Positions 52,101 to 64,000 of a stretch of 64,000 nucleotides of DNA are shown piece by piece. The stretch comes from Raillietiella orientalis (lineage: Eukaryota). The position numbers were made by a program, and so were the translations under genes. The stretch is from the NCBI GenBank assembly GCA_036172245.1, contig JAYWIR010000010.1, forward strand, positions 2,418,001 to 2,482,000, written 5' to 3'. The notes under the pieces were generated by a model. That model was not told the origin of the DNA and did not search any database. It saw nothing but the letters and a program-made list of their open reading frames with translations. The first letter of the stretch is position 1. The number at the start of each line of letters is the position of its first letter.

Positions 52101-52699
52101 GTGATGATGAACAATGAAAAAAGTATTTCACGAAGTTATTATAATAAACAATGAGATCTCACACAGAAATTACTGATCTCACAACATTTAACAAACAGAA
52201 CAGGTTTAATGGTTCCAAAAGTATTTTCCACAAATTCTGTAATAAACAAAGTGCTTCTTTTGTAGTCTTGATTTTAACTTATGAATGGAGTGCACATTTT
52301 TAATAAATAAATGCATAATTAATATAGTCCTATATAAGTTGTAAGCATAGTATAAAAGGGCTTTGCAATTTTGAAATAATAAAAGCAGACTTTGAGTAAA
52401 ACAAAAGTATTAGTAGTTTGTGCACAAAGCCAAAAAGCAAGGACATGGTAAATACGAGAGTGAAAGAAAATAAGTTTTTCAATTTCAAAGGTAAGGGTTT
52501 CTTTTCTGTCTAGTGGAGAGAGTGCATACTTGCTTTCTTGAATCTAAGATTTGCTTGTTTATATGCTTGGATAGTTTCAATGCATTTCAAGAAATATCGA
52601 ATTTGGTTGCATTATCAGGAATGGGGCTTCTCTCTCGCGCACATTAAGAAATCAAATAATTTTAGTGGGTAACCTTTATAGAGAGAATGGAGTTTTTGA

Positions 52700-54000
52700 A
52701 ACGCACCCTAAGCAAAAGATAAAACTATTCCTGTATTAATATTTCTAATCTTCAAAGATTGTTATACTCATACATCTCTTGTAACTATTTGCTACGTAAT
52801 ACGATGATGTGAGAGAACGGAGATTTTCTACAGTCATAAAAAACATTTTTTACATGGCACACGAGTTTACGCACCATATTGTGCTTCTAGAGTCGTGATC
52901 TGCATTTGATATTGATGAAGAATGTAAGCTCTCAAGTAATCCAAAGAGAATTATTTAGTTTATCAGTATTCTAATTACACGTGTTTTGAACGCAGATGAT
53001 ATGAACAGCATTGAAAACTTGGTTGTAAATAAGACGTATATATTTATTTACAATAATGAAAACTCTTGAAGACGAAAAGTATGATTCGAAAAAATTGGTA
53101 ATCTATTGACATCTATTGATTTACTTCAACGTTGCGAGTGTGAATTTCAGAAAATGACTCCGAAATGTTTATCGTCGACTCTTTATGAAGCTTATTAATA
53201 TTGAAATCCCATTATATGTGAATTCATTGTGGCATTACTGAGTATCCTAATAGGTGCGTAGCAGTCCCAAAAATTTCTCCAAGGACGTTTGGCAAATTTG
53301 CGTGATTCTTCTGAGCATTTGTTGAGATGATGCTCGTGTCATGGTTAGAAATTGGAAATTACATCTTTTCTGAAATTTTCTTCAAGATTTCATTTGACTG
53401 CAAAATACCTTGATGTTTATCCAGGATTCGGTTTTGCACAAAAACATTTGGGTTGGGGGAACGCGCATAGCGGTTTGCAAATCCATAATTGATCTGTCAT
53501 TACTGCCAAAGAATTTTGTGGCACGTATTCCAAATGAATGCTCAATACAGAATTTTAGTTTAAAAAGTCATAGGTTTATTAACTTAAAAGTATATGAGGT
53601 GTATCTGCAAGCTTGACCAGGCACCATTTGTGAAATTTGTATTTTCAGTTATAAATAAATTTATAATCAAATAAATATGAATGAATGGATTGAAATTTAG
53701 TTGCTGCGTCCATTAACTGAAGCATTAAAGAGTTCATCTTAACATCAATTTGCAATTACCGATGAACAATTCAATTGACTTATTTTCAAATAATGTGTAA
53801 AATTTCGTATTGTATTCATATCACGGAATGTGAACCTAGAAAGAGGTGCGATAAAATAATTCATTGTATGAGTATGTTGAACAAATGATCTAGCACCATA
53901 CAGTTGAAAACTTGGTGAATCAGTTTGTTGTGTACATTCTTCAACGAATGGACACTTAATCATTAAATGATAAACGCTATTATGATATTGAATATTCACT
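52700..54000 (+). mobile_element. Probable BEL/Pao gag-protease relic
   Basis: IGNYIFSEI..FAQKHLGW (cf. LIGADYxWEI..AxxTxLGW), with a Cys/His-rich stretch near 52790-52900. Confidence 0.35.
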
Positions 54001-54199
54001 TTTGCGATTGTTGTGTTTACATATGCTTTATTTCAAGTATATTCATAACTTTACTGCTCAACTCAGAGTACAGAGAATATCATTTTGATTTCAAGTTCTG
54101 ATATGTGTCAAGACTTATTGAAACCTTCATGGGAGCATTATTAATAAGTTATGGTATTTCTTAAAATTTCTCCTAAAATTCATTCTACATTTCCAGTTT

Positions 54200-55900
54200 T
54201 ACATGTACTTGAAGAAACTGACAACTTTCCTTAATTTCTTGCAGTGGAGAATCTTTATATGTCAATGTTTTCTGTATGCAAACAATTTTTTTTTACAAAA
54301 TCCCCATGTCCTTTCAAAACCTTGGTCCCTATTGTCCCTTGAAGTGATGGAACAAATCCTTGGATTTGTGTACAAGTTGTTCACTGTTCCATCTCCTTCT
54401 CATGAATACTACTGTTATGCCTTTCACATTCCTTCCTTGGTTTAGTGTTCTTGCACATAACACCATCATGAAGAAAGGTAAGTATGGTTCAATCCATGAT
54501 TTTTAATTTGATTTAAGATTTGACCGACTTGTTTTTGGCCAATTATAAGGTCTATGCCCAAATAAATTGACTGAGGTGGTTGACCAATCTCTTAGCAGTT
54601 GACTTCATAGTGCCTCTGTTCATCATTAAGCTCTCTTCCACTCCATGATCTGTTTTGCAAAGCATCAACTTATACTCAGCATAGTCATGCAAATAGGTGC
54701 ATCCCTGTCGAACTTTTTGTGAGTCCGTGAAACAAAGTTAAGAAACAAGCAAACAGCCAAAGCTTCTGATTTAATTTTATAAGACATTTTTAATACTATT
54801 AACTTTGCATCTTTTATCACTGTTTGACTACAATGTCGAATCTGTCAGGAATCTCACAAGGTCCACAAAAGAGGTGACAGATTTGTTTTGCAGTCACATA
54901 AATTGCTGCCAATTTGTTTTCTATGCTGCATTGATTACAGTGATGTATGAGCAAAGTTTGTATAGACCAAAGAAAAAATTGACACCAAATTCTTCAAGTT
55001 AGGAGATTTTTATCTGTTTACATACAACACTGCATTTTTTATGAAAGACTAATTCTTTTTACCTTTAATGTTGCTTTTGCTCTTTGCATGCACAATTTAC
55101 TATGTGTTTCCATTTTTTTTGTTCACATGCTATTTAAAATTTTGCCTAGTAGAAGCTTTCTCTCAGTAGAAATTCATGTAGGTTGGAAGGAGTGGTTCTC
55201 TAGCGTTAACACTTCCTGTAGGTGTATGTAAAGCATATATTCTTTAGGAGTGAAAGAAAAAAAATAAACATCTTTGCTGATGGAAAAGTGCATCAATTAT
55301 GATTTTTGAACCTGGAATTTCATGTTCTGACAAAACTTTGCATTACATGATGAAACTTGCACCTTAGTTATGGAAATATTAGAATAAGTTTTCGTAAGTA
55401 AAACATCATCTTAATTTTCAAGTTACAGACCAGTCAAAAATACGAATATTTATAAAAAGAAGAAAACTTATGAGGAGCACTATTTAATTTTGCACCTCTT
55501 CAGTTGCCAAGGTCTTTGCTTTGTGTTTTCTCTTTCACCTTTTGCTTGAGCAGGCATGTGTTTGCAGAACTTTTGGGTCTTGAATCCAAGTGACTTATGT
55601 ATTTTCCTTCACTGCTGCTTCATAATTTGAATAGCAGCATGTATTTAAAAATGTTGCCTTCAATGTAATGTGCCTGTTTCCAAAGTTTTATGTAACTTTG
55701 GAAACCATTCTGATAAATGTTTATACCTTTGTCTTTATAGTTCTCCATAGAAAGCACACAGATGTTCTATTCTGTTCTTCTAAGCTGAACTGGTATGATA
55801 GTGAGAAACACCTGCACAAGCTTAGCACAATGTGAATGATCAATGCTAACATCATCATTAAAATGAAGAAAATTAAATTTGCATTTCCAAACTTTTTGCA
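54200..55900 (-). mobile_element. Decayed RTE-like LINE
   Basis: FSLEEQNRTSVCFL (cf. FGLGERNERG), KQRPW, KVRQGC..YAEY (cf. GVRQGC) and RRWNSEQL, in order on the minus strand. Confidence 0.45.
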
Positions 55901-55915
55901 AGTCATACATAGAAT

Positions 55916-57515
55916 TCATTCCACATTTGCTAATACTTCCAACAAGGTGACATAAATGGAAATGCCTTTCACAAATGTCTCCTCACTGAGATATTCATTT
56001 GCATCATGCAGGAGCTGGGGAGTGTTGTTAATGGGAGAAAATCCATATGCAGGTATTCCAATCTGCCATCAGAATAAATGCGACTTGTCATGAAGTGCTC
56101 TAACAAAATCTCACCTGACGCAGAAAGCGTGCATCAGTAGCTCCTTGAAATATTTGACACTTAATTGGCAGGGAGCTACAGAATAAGAAAATACTGAATG
56201 ATACATGCATAAAAGCTAATTACAGTTTTTCACAGGCTTTTACAAAGGCATCCCACCAACAGAATCCAGCACTTGCTGAACTTATGGCTGCATCAGTAAC
56301 TTCTTGTGCATACACCCATGTCACATTAGAGCCAGCAGTAGTACACCATTCATTGAGCATGTGTTCCAACTGACTGATATCACTAATTGGAGTCCACCTA
56401 ATATCAACATAAAGAATGATTTCTGATGGCAGCACGTTAAATTGGACACCACCCTGATAAAAGATTTTCAATTGCAAGCTACAGGGAATAACATGCTGTA
56501 CTTGAATCTTTGTCAAATTTACGGTGGTTGTGTGCCCCAAACTTGGGACTTTGTCCTTTTGTAACTTCTCCCTCTCATGATTTCGAAATTCATAAATTTT
56601 CTGCAAAAGTTTCAAGAGTTTCTCTCCACACGTGTCTTCAATAAAACTAGACCCATGTCCAGCATTCCCACTTATAGTAATTATCACAGCTTGAAGCTTT
56701 GGTTATTGAGCTGCAGTTGCACACTGATACTTACTTCTCACTAGACGCTCTGTATTAAATACTAAGTAGTGCTGATCCTTATTACTAATGCCTTCATCCA
56801 AAGCAAATCCAACATTTAATGAATGGAACTCTGGAGAACTTACAAACTTTTTCATTCCATCTTCACTACCTATTTCCTCATCTGAATGTACAATAAGAAA
56901 AGCAATCTCAAATCAACTTTTACCAGGCACAAAACTCAGATGGATTGATCGTGGAAAGGTCCTTCCTTCTTTTTTTAGCTGCCTTACAGCTTCTAAGTAC
57001 CACATTCCAACACACTTCATGTCTTGTGCCCCACGACCATAAATCTTTCCACATTCATCTTTAGTAGCACTAAAAGGATCATGCAACCAATCAGCCTAAA
57101 AATGCAACCTAGTCACAAGACGTTTCTCGAAGATGTGTTCATAAAGCTTTTCAAAATATTTTTTTTTTTTTAAATGCAATTAGAAACTTTTGCCAAAGAC
57201 ATTTAAAAATGGTTCTTCCTTTCCAACATACAGATGTTGCAGGAACGACATCCATGTGTGAATTGAGCAAGATGCTGGTGAGCTGCAAATTGCTTCCCAG
57301 CCATGATATCACAACAATAGGTTTACCAGCAACAATTTCTATGGTCTGCATAGGCAAACCAATTTCTTCTGCCTGCTGTCGTAGGAAGTCCACAGCAGCA
57401 TCTACGGATCCAAATTAAATGCCACATTGGAAGGACACAAACCGTATTGCGGTTCGGGCTGATTGGTGGGAATCCTCAAATATTCACGGAATCTTGAAAC
57501 TCTTGGATCTTCCAT
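55916..57515 (-). CDS. ACY1: Aminoacylase-1 (peptidase M20A), 8 exons
   Basis: Exons 57515-57443, 57401-57232, 57095-56924, 56881-56735, 56689-56502, 56453-56224, 56175-56115, 56062-55916 join in frame. Motifs: [75 protein letters not shown]. Confidence 0.95.
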
Positions 57516-57599
57516 AGCAAATTCTACGTTTCCTGCGATGCGTTTCAAAGGAATTATATGATTACAAACGTATGTGAAAATAATTTTAAAACCAAACCA

Positions 57600-60230
57600 C
57601 AGAAGTGATTCACTTCGAGAGTGCACCGAGTTTTCGGTGAGACCGCGAACGGCGCCAAAAAGGGACTGCAGAATTCTGTCCACGACTTCAGATTTTTCAG
57701 AGCTGCACCTGGCTGCACTCCTCGAAAAAGATAGAAAGAGTGTTGCTACACTACTAGAACGAAGGCATTATGTTTGGGGCACTTGCGATTTTCGTTCATC
57801 GAAATGGGTTTGTGTGCTCGAATAGTCTTAATTATCACGCGTGTAAGGGGACAGAGTTCTTTCACTTTGCGTTGGCATGGGTCGCGGACTGCCCCCACAC
57901 ATCGCAGAGCATAGACAGTCTCACATTGCATACACAGCAGTGTACAGTGGGCTTTTTCCAGCCATGAAGTGAGAAACTTCACGACGGCGATTTGTGACCG
58001 TCTTGTCAGAAACGGTCTTGGGAGTTTTAGGTTTTCCATCTGTCAGCGAGGCTCATTGAAAGAGTGGCAAACACGGAAACAACGAAAAAGACCCGAAAAA
58101 CGAAGAAACGGGAAATGCCGCACAGTGTCGGCACAAAAACGTGATTTTCGTACACGGTGCACATGATCACACATTCAAATTAAGCACCTTAAGTAGACTG
58201 CTTGGAAATGTTTCAACCTAATCTGGCGGAAGGTTCGGTGTTTAAAGGAAGTTCTCCCCCCCCCCCCCCCCCAAAAAAAAAAAAAATCAATACCAAATCT
58301 CATCACTTGATTCCGGAAGTACACTATGCAGACCACGTTCAGAGGTCAGGTGAAGACGACTGCAAGAAACTGACAACAAGGTGTTAGGTCAGGCAAAAAC
58401 TGATCATGATGATCATTATCATTTTCAACTATAAATGCGTATGCGAGCGATCCTTTTTTCCACGCTCGAGCTAAGAATTTCAAAGGGAATCGGACTGTTG
58501 CATGCAATGAACAAACTATCGAATGCTGTAAACAAATTCTAACAATCATTTCACTAAAATATTTGAATCTCCAGAAGATTTTCTAATGGGGCGTCCTTTG
58601 TCTCCTGAGGCCATATTTCGTGCTCAAGATCGCGGTTCGAGATTAGAATGGGATTTATCTTTTCCCTGCTCCAAAATGTGGGGATCATCGGTTCAAAAGT
58701 CAGCAAACGAAGGCCCCAGTTCTTTTCTATTTTTCCTCCTTTGCAGGGCAATAACAGACATGGTATCAAAACATATTATCAAAACTCTGATTCTAAGAAT
58801 GTCACAGCTTCAAAGCAAGTGAAATACTCAAACGTGGACTCCAATACGAAGTACATATGCCTTGCTCAGTATTGTGAAGTGTATTATGATCTTAATGGTT
58901 CTGTACAGTAGGTTATGTGCATACTGTGTTCGACGCAAAGTCGTTGTGCTATGGGATGCTGCATGCATCGTAAGGTATGTTTCTCAGGTCATCTCTCATT
59001 ATTCATTTTGATGGAATGAGGTGATCACTACTGTTTAGTCGATAATGCATGTTTCGTGAATGATGTCTGCCTCGTGGCAGTTTCATATCGAAATGGCAGA
59101 ATCGAATTCTAATTTCGATACATAAACAGGATAGGTCTGAATTCGTAATTGGGGGAATTGGAACCAGTCACAGAAAAACTACAACTCACGCAATTGCCGT
59201 CAAAGTTGCGTGAGATATGGTGACTGCAGTAGATGAATCATCAATTCGAGGAAGAAACAAACAATACCATTGGACATATGGCAATTTACGAGAAAGTTCA
59301 TGAATTTCGTCCATATTATTTGTTGGTGCTCGCAATGAGTGATGACAATGTGGCTGAAAATGCAGGTTTTTTTTTTTTTTTTTTATGTCAATGCTTACTC
59401 AGCCAGCCCTTGCTTTTCATCTCATCACTGTCAAGGCCATTCAATTCAACTCTTGGATCTTTCTGGAGTAAGTTCCGATCCCAACCGTGCTTTCTCAGTG
59501 AGATTTGCGTGCGTCTTACTGGTTGAGGAACCAAGTAGACGATATACGATAGAGTGGTCGTTGTCTTCTACTCCAATGGACGAACGAAGAATCTGATGCA
59601 AGTCCATAGTGACTTCTAGATTTTCCGCTCCACTAATAAGCGATGTGGTCGTGGCATCTAGGTCTTCAAAAAACAAAGCATCTTTGCTTTTCATGTATCA
59701 CCTAAATGCAGCATGAGCTGTGTTTGAACAAACAACAAAAGAATAAACCCCTCTCCCTTACTCTCATTCTTCTACTGTCTCAATGTAAAGACACTGAAAG
59801 AACTCTTTGCTCTACTGTTCCCATTCATCGAATCATTCTAAAATATAGTTCTTCCAAGCTTTCATTTAAAAGAGGCTCCATGGAAAATCATCTAGATTCT
59901 TTAATTCTTTTAATTAATCTAGATTCATCTAGATTAATTATAATTTTAACTCTAAAAGAAGAACAGTGAAATGTGGGATTATTGGTTGATTTATCCCATC
60001 GGTTGAAGTGACTGGTGGAATCTGTATCTACAGAGACTCTTCGGAAAGACCGATAAACCACCAATAGGTCCATACGGGACCACCACTTCGGAGAAAACAT
60101 ACCTTGACCGTTGGATTGGTAAAAGATTTTCGAGTTCTGGGGATTCATTCTGCTTCCTAAACTACGAGTCTTTTCCCACTGTGATTTTACGTGGCACAGG
60201 TTGCTACTTTCCGGCACTGAAATCACATAT
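57600..60230 (-). mobile_element. Decayed BEL/Pao element (protease to integrase)
   Basis: In order: GGPVWTYWWFIG, SLISGAENLEVTMDLHQIL (cf. DLLTGADSxEEA), EL*FFCD (cf. ELHxFCDAS), REKINPILI, PFLTRRS. Confidence 0.6.
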
Positions 60231-60499
60231 TATTTTCCTTCCAGCTTTTTTTTTTTTTTTTAAGAGTTTTTTTTTTTTTGGGGGGGGGGGGTTCGCTAAG
60301 TACCTCAGAGCCGGTCGCGTGCCTCGCGGCGCACGTGGCTCTTTTTAAACATTAACACACGGTCTTGTTTCCACGCCTCTCCGCCCGCGGCAACCCGCAG
60401 GGGGGCGTGTAATTCTTCAGAATAGGGGGCACCCCGGGATGGGGGTCCTCCCTATGAATCCAGGAAGGGCTCGGAGCCCGTTCCTCTCACGCTCGCACC

Positions 60500-63250
60500 T
60501 CCCACCCTGGTTGTCTCCGAAGGGGGACCCAGAAGGGACACCCCCCCAATAAGGAGGGGCTGTCCTCTCCATTTCAACTTCTCCGAAGTACGAAGCTAGT
60601 AGGAATTTCTTCTCCGGAGGGAACCCGCAAGGGAACCGCTCCTGTGCACTCCTCTGAAGAGAACCTCGAAGGGACGCTTCCGAAACTCAGAAGGGGCGCT
60701 GCAGCTTCCTGCAGGGAATCGCTCTCGCTTGCTTCCTAGTGCACTCTGTGAAGAGGCGACGACGACTCGGAGGGATACTCCGTAACATGGTAGGTCCGCT
60801 CCTTTGAACAACTGGAGAGGTGCCCGTGAGGGCTCCTGCTCCATCTTGAAACCGGAGGGGTTCCCCGGTGAGGTGGGTCCGCTCTCCGTTGCACGACAGG
60901 AGGGGGAACTCCCCACTCCTTTATTCCTGGAAGGACCCGAAGGTCGACTCCCATTGTTCCGGCCTTCATCGGGGGCCTCCAGCTTAATCCATCGCCGGTG
61001 CTACGCCCGAATGATGAGGCCAACCAGCGCCATTGCAACTACGGAACCCAACGACGCAGTGGCGTCAGTTATCTGCCGAAGTATTCGAACCGCGACGCAT
61101 GGTGGCACACGCGGAAGCCTTAACCACAAAGCCTCCGAAGCGGGCAACCACAAAGCCTCCGAATCACATATTATGGCAATTGCATCATAAACTGTCTTGC
61201 CAGAAACCACTTGTTCTTTGCCTTCGCTCCAAGTTGGTCTTCTAAGTTTGGCCACAATTTGATATCATCTTGTCCAACAACAGGTAAGAAAGACGAGGGA
61301 GAGAGACACCAGGATGCTTCACTTCATTGAGCATTTCCCCAAGCAGAGAAGCAACAGCAACCGTAAACTCAGTTGTTACACTCTTTCTTGTCAATCTAAG
61401 GAAGCGAATGGATAATTCCTTTTTCCAACTCTCCTCCAGACAAACAGTCCTTTCTTCCCCGGGTAACCGTCCTCGCGCTTCGAAACTTGACTAATACGAA
61501 CCGTTCGCTAGGGCCCAGAAAGTCCCGCATCGCGAAACGTTGCATGCGCCCCTTGAAGGGAGAAGGAACGCCGTCATGTCATGGGCCAGAGCGCCGTATT
61601 CAGCAGCCTAGTCACCTTGACTCCCCGAGGAGAACTCCATCTCAGCCCCGCCCTTCTTGGTCCCCTCGTGAGAGGCGCGATGTAGACCATGGGCATGGGG
61701 TCCTCCCGAGCAGCTTCTTTAGCCGTGACAGAGCCATGGTCCAGGACCATCTCCCATATCACCATGGGTTATTCCTGTTCCTCCTCCCTCCCCGAGACAC
61801 CCCATCCAGAAACGGGGCTCTTAGCTTCTGCCTTCCCGAAACCTGATGTGTTCCAGCCTGGATATCTGCTACCCATTTCCTACAATGATCTCCTCCTGAC
61901 CGAGGACTGGAGTCGTAGGAGAGCCATTAGGGGAAGGAAGGGGACTTCCCTTCAGCTTCACCCGTCCTCTATCTTGTGCAGAAGAAGATTCTGAGTGAGA
62001 CGGGGATGAGAGAGATCCGAAGCGAAGCTGCTTTCCGAATGCAAGAATGGCGTTTGGTGCTTGTGAAAGGGGCAGGAGGGAAGAGACGATTCGTCAGATT
62101 CGAAGACAGTGCCGCCAGGAATAGAGAAAGAATTTCCCTGCATAGCAGAATGCAGAAAGCATCGTGCAGATTCTCCTCTACATGGACCGGGAGGAGCTGG
62201 GAGAGATTTCCAGAGGCGAACCACTCGGCTTGGATCTACGATCCAAGCGGATGCGCGAAGGCGTGCCCTCCCATTTCTGGAGGAATGTGGGCGTGCAAGA
62301 GGAGAGAGAGAGAATCTCTCAGCGGAGAGAGAGAATCCTTCTCCACACTAGCCTGTCGCTTGCCTGGAAACGTCTGGACAGTCATGCTGCTAGGAGGAGG
62401 GTGAGAACAACTCGGAGATGCGCACCTTCTTCGAAGAGGGAAAGAGAGAGCGAAAGACTATCTTGAGGAGTTTACAGTTCCTCCCTCCTCACTCCTCCTC
62501 CCTTATTCATTGCACTATCGTAGGCATTCTTCCAGGGTCATCTCGAGAGGAGAAGGAGATATCCGAAGCTGCTTTCCGGAGACCAGGAACAAGGGTGCAG
62601 CCTGGGCACAGCAGTCGGGCGGTGTCTCGAGAGTGAGCGAACTCGGAGCTGTGGAGATTCGTCGCACGCGATGCTTGTCTCCCTTGGGATTCCGACCCGC
62701 TTCCAGGGGCGTGGTGCACTTGGGATTTCGAAAGCAAGTGGAAGCTGTCTTCAGGCGGCCATCCCTTGCAAGCCGGGAGGGCTCTCGCATCCTATGTCCG
62801 ACAGCGAATGCCCACCGTCGACGACGACGCCTGATGGCTTTGCTTTTGCAGCAGGGTCCACCTGTCAAGAGCAGCGCCTTCTCTACACTGTTGCTGGAGT
62901 TTCCTTTGTGATGATCGCTACAAGACATGCATCATCGACACAGGAGATATCAATACCACTGCTGCTGCTGTCATCGCAACTTGATTGTTTCAGTATTCAT
63001 GATAGCCGATGACCCACCGAAGAGACCTGAAACCCGGAGAACAAGATATCCACATTGCGCTGAAAGAGACTTGGAAAAATGACTCTTGAACAGAACGGGT
63101 CACGCTTGCAGTGCCGTTGCCGCACGCACGCCCATCCGCTGGTGCACGTTGTGCAGCCCAAAACCGTCCAACATTCTGTTCCCGCGACCAGTTTTGCACT
63201 TTAATGACCTCATTCCTTTCATCTCTCTGTCTGCCATTTTCGGTAATCAA
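60500..63250 (-). mobile_element. Decayed GC-rich BEL/Pao element (protease, RT, RNase H, integrase)
   Basis: In order: SLRWVIG, KGNSSNSVEKALLLTGGP (cf. KxSNGVSLNDALLTGP), ISELFSP, TVFESDES, N-G-VADIQ (cf. NRVAEIQ), YGCCCFS, RFGGF, SRWSR. Confidence 0.65.
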
Positions 63251-63739
63251 AGGCAGACTTTCTTACCGTAGAATCACTGCGCGCAGGCGCACACACCGTG
63301 CGTATACAATGCACATGACATCGGGCACATCGCACACAGCAAGAAGTACGTTCCCGGTACGAAATACAAACACATTCCAGAGAGTGTTTATCACCCCGCA
63401 TCCAGAGCGCACATGACATGAGAATGCGTACATAAGTGCTAAAGAATGTACGCAGCTGCTCATCATTGCACAAAAGTCATTACTGATATATGAGAATAGA
63501 GGAGGCTGAAACTCCCTCTAGAATTTGAGATTTGGTCGTTGCATCATTCTCTCTGAACTGGCTGTGCATGGCATCTGCTTTCCTTTCCCGCTGAAACGTA
63601 TAATCATTAAAGGACAGTAATCGAGGATTGCAATCCCGATAATCAGGAACCTGTCATTGGTTTAGAATGCGTGTTGTTGCATGTTTGTGGCAGGCCGATA
63701 TCTCTTGAAGGACTTTGGGACAGATGATCCGATGCGTAC

Positions 63740-63808
63740 GCTACATTGAGTCCCCTAACTTTCGGTTGCAGAGCCGACTGCTGTTTAATCCAAACGCTCA
63801 GGAGTGAT
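63740..63808 (-). mobile_element. Degenerate tRNA-like head, probably a SINE remnant
   Basis: The minus strand reads TGAGCGTTTGGATTAAACAGCAGTCGGCTCTGCAACCGAAAGTTAGGGGACTCAAT: an A-box-like TGG, a TCGG..CCGA anticodon-like stem, and a corrupted B box. No acceptor stem. Confidence 0.3.
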
Positions 63809-64000
63809 GATGACATCCGATTTTTCGTGGAAAAAAAAAAAAAAAAAGGATTTTTTTTTTTTTTTCTCGCAACACCTCGAAAGTTAAACACCAGCAGTTG
63901 AGGAACGCAAGGTTCAAGTTGGTGCAACAACCGAAGTCTCATACAGCAGATCTCTCTTCGGGGGTGAATAGCTTTTACCGAAGGGTGGCTGCATCTGTGA

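Noticed and set aside
61122..61163. 18-mer AACCACAAAGCCTCCGAA repeated at a 24-nt period, CRISPR-like at first glance
   Set aside because: Only two copies with a 6-nt gap; a local tandem duplication in a TE relic.
60596..63473. Many overlapping 80-140 aa ORFs as possible host or horizontally acquired genes
   Set aside because: They overlap in all six frames, as expected for GC-rich DNA, and the recognisable motifs are broken Pao pol.
63740..63808. Functional tRNA gene
   Set aside because: No acceptor stem, an irregular anticodon loop and no GTTCRA T-loop.

Overview
Compact animal genomic DNA; the Dlg and FMR1 sequences look arthropod-like, but I cannot name the taxon. Six spliced host genes can be built by hand with frame-consistent junctions: dlg1 (+), an FCHo F-BAR/muHD gene (+), NDUFA11 (-), ATP6AP2 (-), FMR1 (+) and ACY1 (-). 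Most of their introns are very short (38-55 nt). Much of the intergenic and long-intron DNA resolves, by eye, into heavily decayed BEL/Pao LTR-retrotransposon coding relics (about 11 segments, mostly minus strand) plus RTE-like LINE relics. The most notable signals are: (1) GC/CpG-rich, homopolymer-studded islands that cut across individual TE relics; (2) non-canonical splice sites, including two TTTGAG acceptors required by protein homology and one GC donor; (3) two long inverted repeats; (4) ACY1 closely flanked by TE relics at both ends. TE calls rest on remembered motif similarity, not database searches, and their boundaries are approximate. I found no prokaryotic-type system, CRISPR array, rRNA or intact tRNA.
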